From Psammoneis japonica (Eukaryota): a stretch of 64,000 nucleotides of DNA. The stretch covers positions 248,001-312,000 of the forward strand of contig QPGO01000091.1 of NCBI GenBank assembly GCA_008632985.1, in the 5' to 3' direction. Positions 61,884 to 64,000 of the stretch are shown here, piece by piece. Made by a program: the position numbers and the translations under genes. Under the pieces are notes generated by a model. It saw only the letters and a list, made by a program, of their open reading frames with translations, ran no database searches and was not told the DNA's origin. Within the stretch, counting starts at the first letter, position 1. Each line of letters starts with the position of its first letter.

Positions 61884-63322
61884 ATGATGAGGTCGCTGTT
61901 GCTGTTGTCATTGTCACTATCGTGTCTTTTGTTCTTCTCCGCAAGAGCAGAGATTGACTTGGATGATTTGAAATTAAATCAACACACGTTTATAACCTCA
62001 CACAATGCCGCCACGGGCGAAGACAATCTTTCCAATGGCCTTGCGAGGGATGTAGACAATCAAGAAGTGCCCATTGCCCAACAACTCGAGTGCGGAGCAC
62101 GTGCTCTCGACTATCGTCCTTTTTTGCGTTCGGACGGCAGGTTGGTGGCACGGCATGGCATTGCACGCATTCAAGTGCTCATGAAACAATCGGTGCAATC
62201 CATAAAGACGTGGTTACAAAACAATCCCACGGAACTGGTAATCCTATATATCAGCAAAGCGGATGCGGAAGGGTCCTTTGACAGTTTGGATGCTTATAGT
62301 TTTGCCGAAGACGTGTTGTTATCGGAAGGAGTGAAATGGATTCGCGATTGCAACGAAATGGTAGGTCTCACGGTGCGACAAGCAAAGATTGATTCACAAC
62401 TCGCAAATGGCGGACACTTGTTGGCTGTGTTTGGATGTACCGATGAACAGTACGATCCCAATATTCGTTGCTATTTTGGGAGCCATGACTGTACCGACTA
62501 TGATGTCCTTCCCTTCATACAGTATGACAGCTACATGGTTGAACACACCAACTTTCCCAAGGCCTCGTCCGTCACGAATGGAAGACTCTACATGTCTCAG
62601 GCTCATTGGCAATACGATGCTTTTGCTCTACTCGTCAAGTCTCCAGCCATTACTTGGGACGAACGCGACTCGGGTCTCAATGCTCGTACGGCCCAAGCCG
62701 TGAGCCGTGGCGAGTACAACTTTTTGAATCTGTTGGAAGTGGACAATGTTTGCAACAACGGCGCTCGACTCAAGGCAGCTGTGGAGAAATTCATGGCGCC
62801 CAATCCTCAGGTCAATTGTCTCTCCAACAACAATCGACTACGAGTAGGAGAATTTATAGAGAGTGAGAATGGACATATAAAGCCATGCTGCGTCCAGATG
62901 GACAATTGTGCATCAACGGTGGTAGTGGCGTCTCGCAGTGGTGCACCGGCACGTCGGCTCCATCCTACGAGGGTGGCGCCGGTATTGTCAAAATGAAGGA
63001 CACTGGAAATCTCCAAATGTTTACTCCGACCGACAACAATTACTGGTCAACCGGTACCCAAGGCGGCGGATTGGAGTTGGTGCTGCAAAACAATCGAGAC
63101 TTGGTCATTCGGAATGCCCGCACGGGTGTCGTCGAGTGGTCGTGCAGCAACAATGGGGGTTGCCCAACAGTTTCGTGTGGAAGTGATTGTGGAAGCAATG
63201 CTTGTCTCGACAAGAGTACGGTGCGTTCGTTTACTCCCGCTCCGTCGCCGGCACCGCCACCACCCAACGATGGTGGAGGAGGAGGAGGTAAACCTTGGTA
63301 TTGCTTTTGGGTTTTTTGCTAG
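61884..63322 (+). CDS. Secreted PI-PLC X-box-like phosphodiesterase fused to a bulb-type (B) lectin domain and a Cys/Pro-rich tail; apparent frameshift at about 62876
   Basis: Signal peptide MMRSLLLLSLSLSCLLFFSARA; SHNA and NQEVPIAQQLECGARALDYR (PI-PLC-like); ESENG..KAMLRPDGQLC, MKDTGNLQ, YWSTGT, LQNNRDLVI..EWS (B-lectin). Confidence 0.7.
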
Positions 63323-63544
63323 AGTAACTCGACAAGAAATGATATCGGCTATCTCTCTTATTCATTGCTGATTGACAAGCATTAATAAAAATAAGCATTG
63401 TTTACTTTCTGTAAGTCAAATACGACTACTTCAAGTTAATGAAGAAGTAGACCAACGTCAGCTGCAGCATTCCAAATAGTCAAAGTCAATTCTGGTGACC
63501 TTCTGTCACGTTGTGTGTTATATTTTTAGTTTTCTGGCGTCTAG

Positions 63545-64000
63545 CTAACTTGGAACATTTGTATCTCGGGTTTTGGGTTTCTTATTTAGAAGTAACCTTT
63601 GTCGAGGTTCGATTGAATCGACTAAAATTCTTCTCCTTTGGCGCTCAAACTGGGGGGCGTCTTTGGAAGTGAGATCGTCGAAGGCGGTCTGATCGCCAGT
63701 GCGTTTGGGGGTTTTCCCAGTACAATTTGTACGCACAAGAAAACACGTAGGATCTGTCCAGAGGTCCCAAATACCCAATCGCACTGATTGACAGACTGTT
63801 TTAGTACAAATTCTACGTAACTTTCTTCGACAGTCTCACTTCCGAAGACGTCCCCCAANTTGGTCATGTTTTGGTTGTTCCCAAGCGTTCCTACCTCCTC
63901 ATCTTCTGTTCCACCCGCAACAGACACGAACCAAAGTTGTTTCTCACAACGATCCAACCTACGACGACTTGTACCTCACACTATTTTTCTCCCCACTACA
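63545..64000 (-). CDS. Probable 3' end of a gene extending beyond the window
   Basis: Coding-like minus-strand ORF fragments (DLWTDPTCFLVRT..GKTPKR); contains an N at 63859; identity unknown. Confidence 0.3.

Noticed and set aside
1..64000. CRISPR arrays, rRNA or tRNA genes
   Set aside because: No regularly spaced repeat-spacer array or recognisable structural RNA seen; the sequence is eukaryotic.

Overview
Eukaryotic, almost certainly diatom-like genomic DNA (short GT-AG introns, ASAF-type bipartite plastid signals, diatom-type bZIP and F-box genes). About 12 ordinary genes (SWIM protein, ELO elongase, AGC/PDK1-like kinase, bZIP, SAM methyltransferase with zinc fingers, ABCF3/GCN20, F-box protein, NSUN2/NCL1, glycerate kinase, ARM protein, organellar LeuRS, PI-PLC plus bulb-lectin protein) are interleaved with roughly 35 kb of sharply bounded repeat/pseudogene blocks that have lost nearly all TpA and most CpG dinucleotides. 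The main finding is a repeat-associated hypermutation converting TpA to TpG/CpA (A:T->G:C), the opposite polarity to fungal RIP. It is read directly from two copies of a 6.8-kb duplication: 20 TpA changes, 3 CpG changes and no other substitutions in about 385 bp, counted by hand. It also shows as systematic Tyr->Cys/His replacement in a Ty3/Gypsy pol remnant, in an FMO pseudogene and in a Tyr-free 430-codon ORF. TpA loss outruns CpG decay, spares the gene-proximal end of the repeat, and removes TAA/TAG stops, which explains the hundreds of spurious Cys/His/Gln-rich ORFs in the ORF track. Several genes carry single-base frameshifts that are probably assembly errors.
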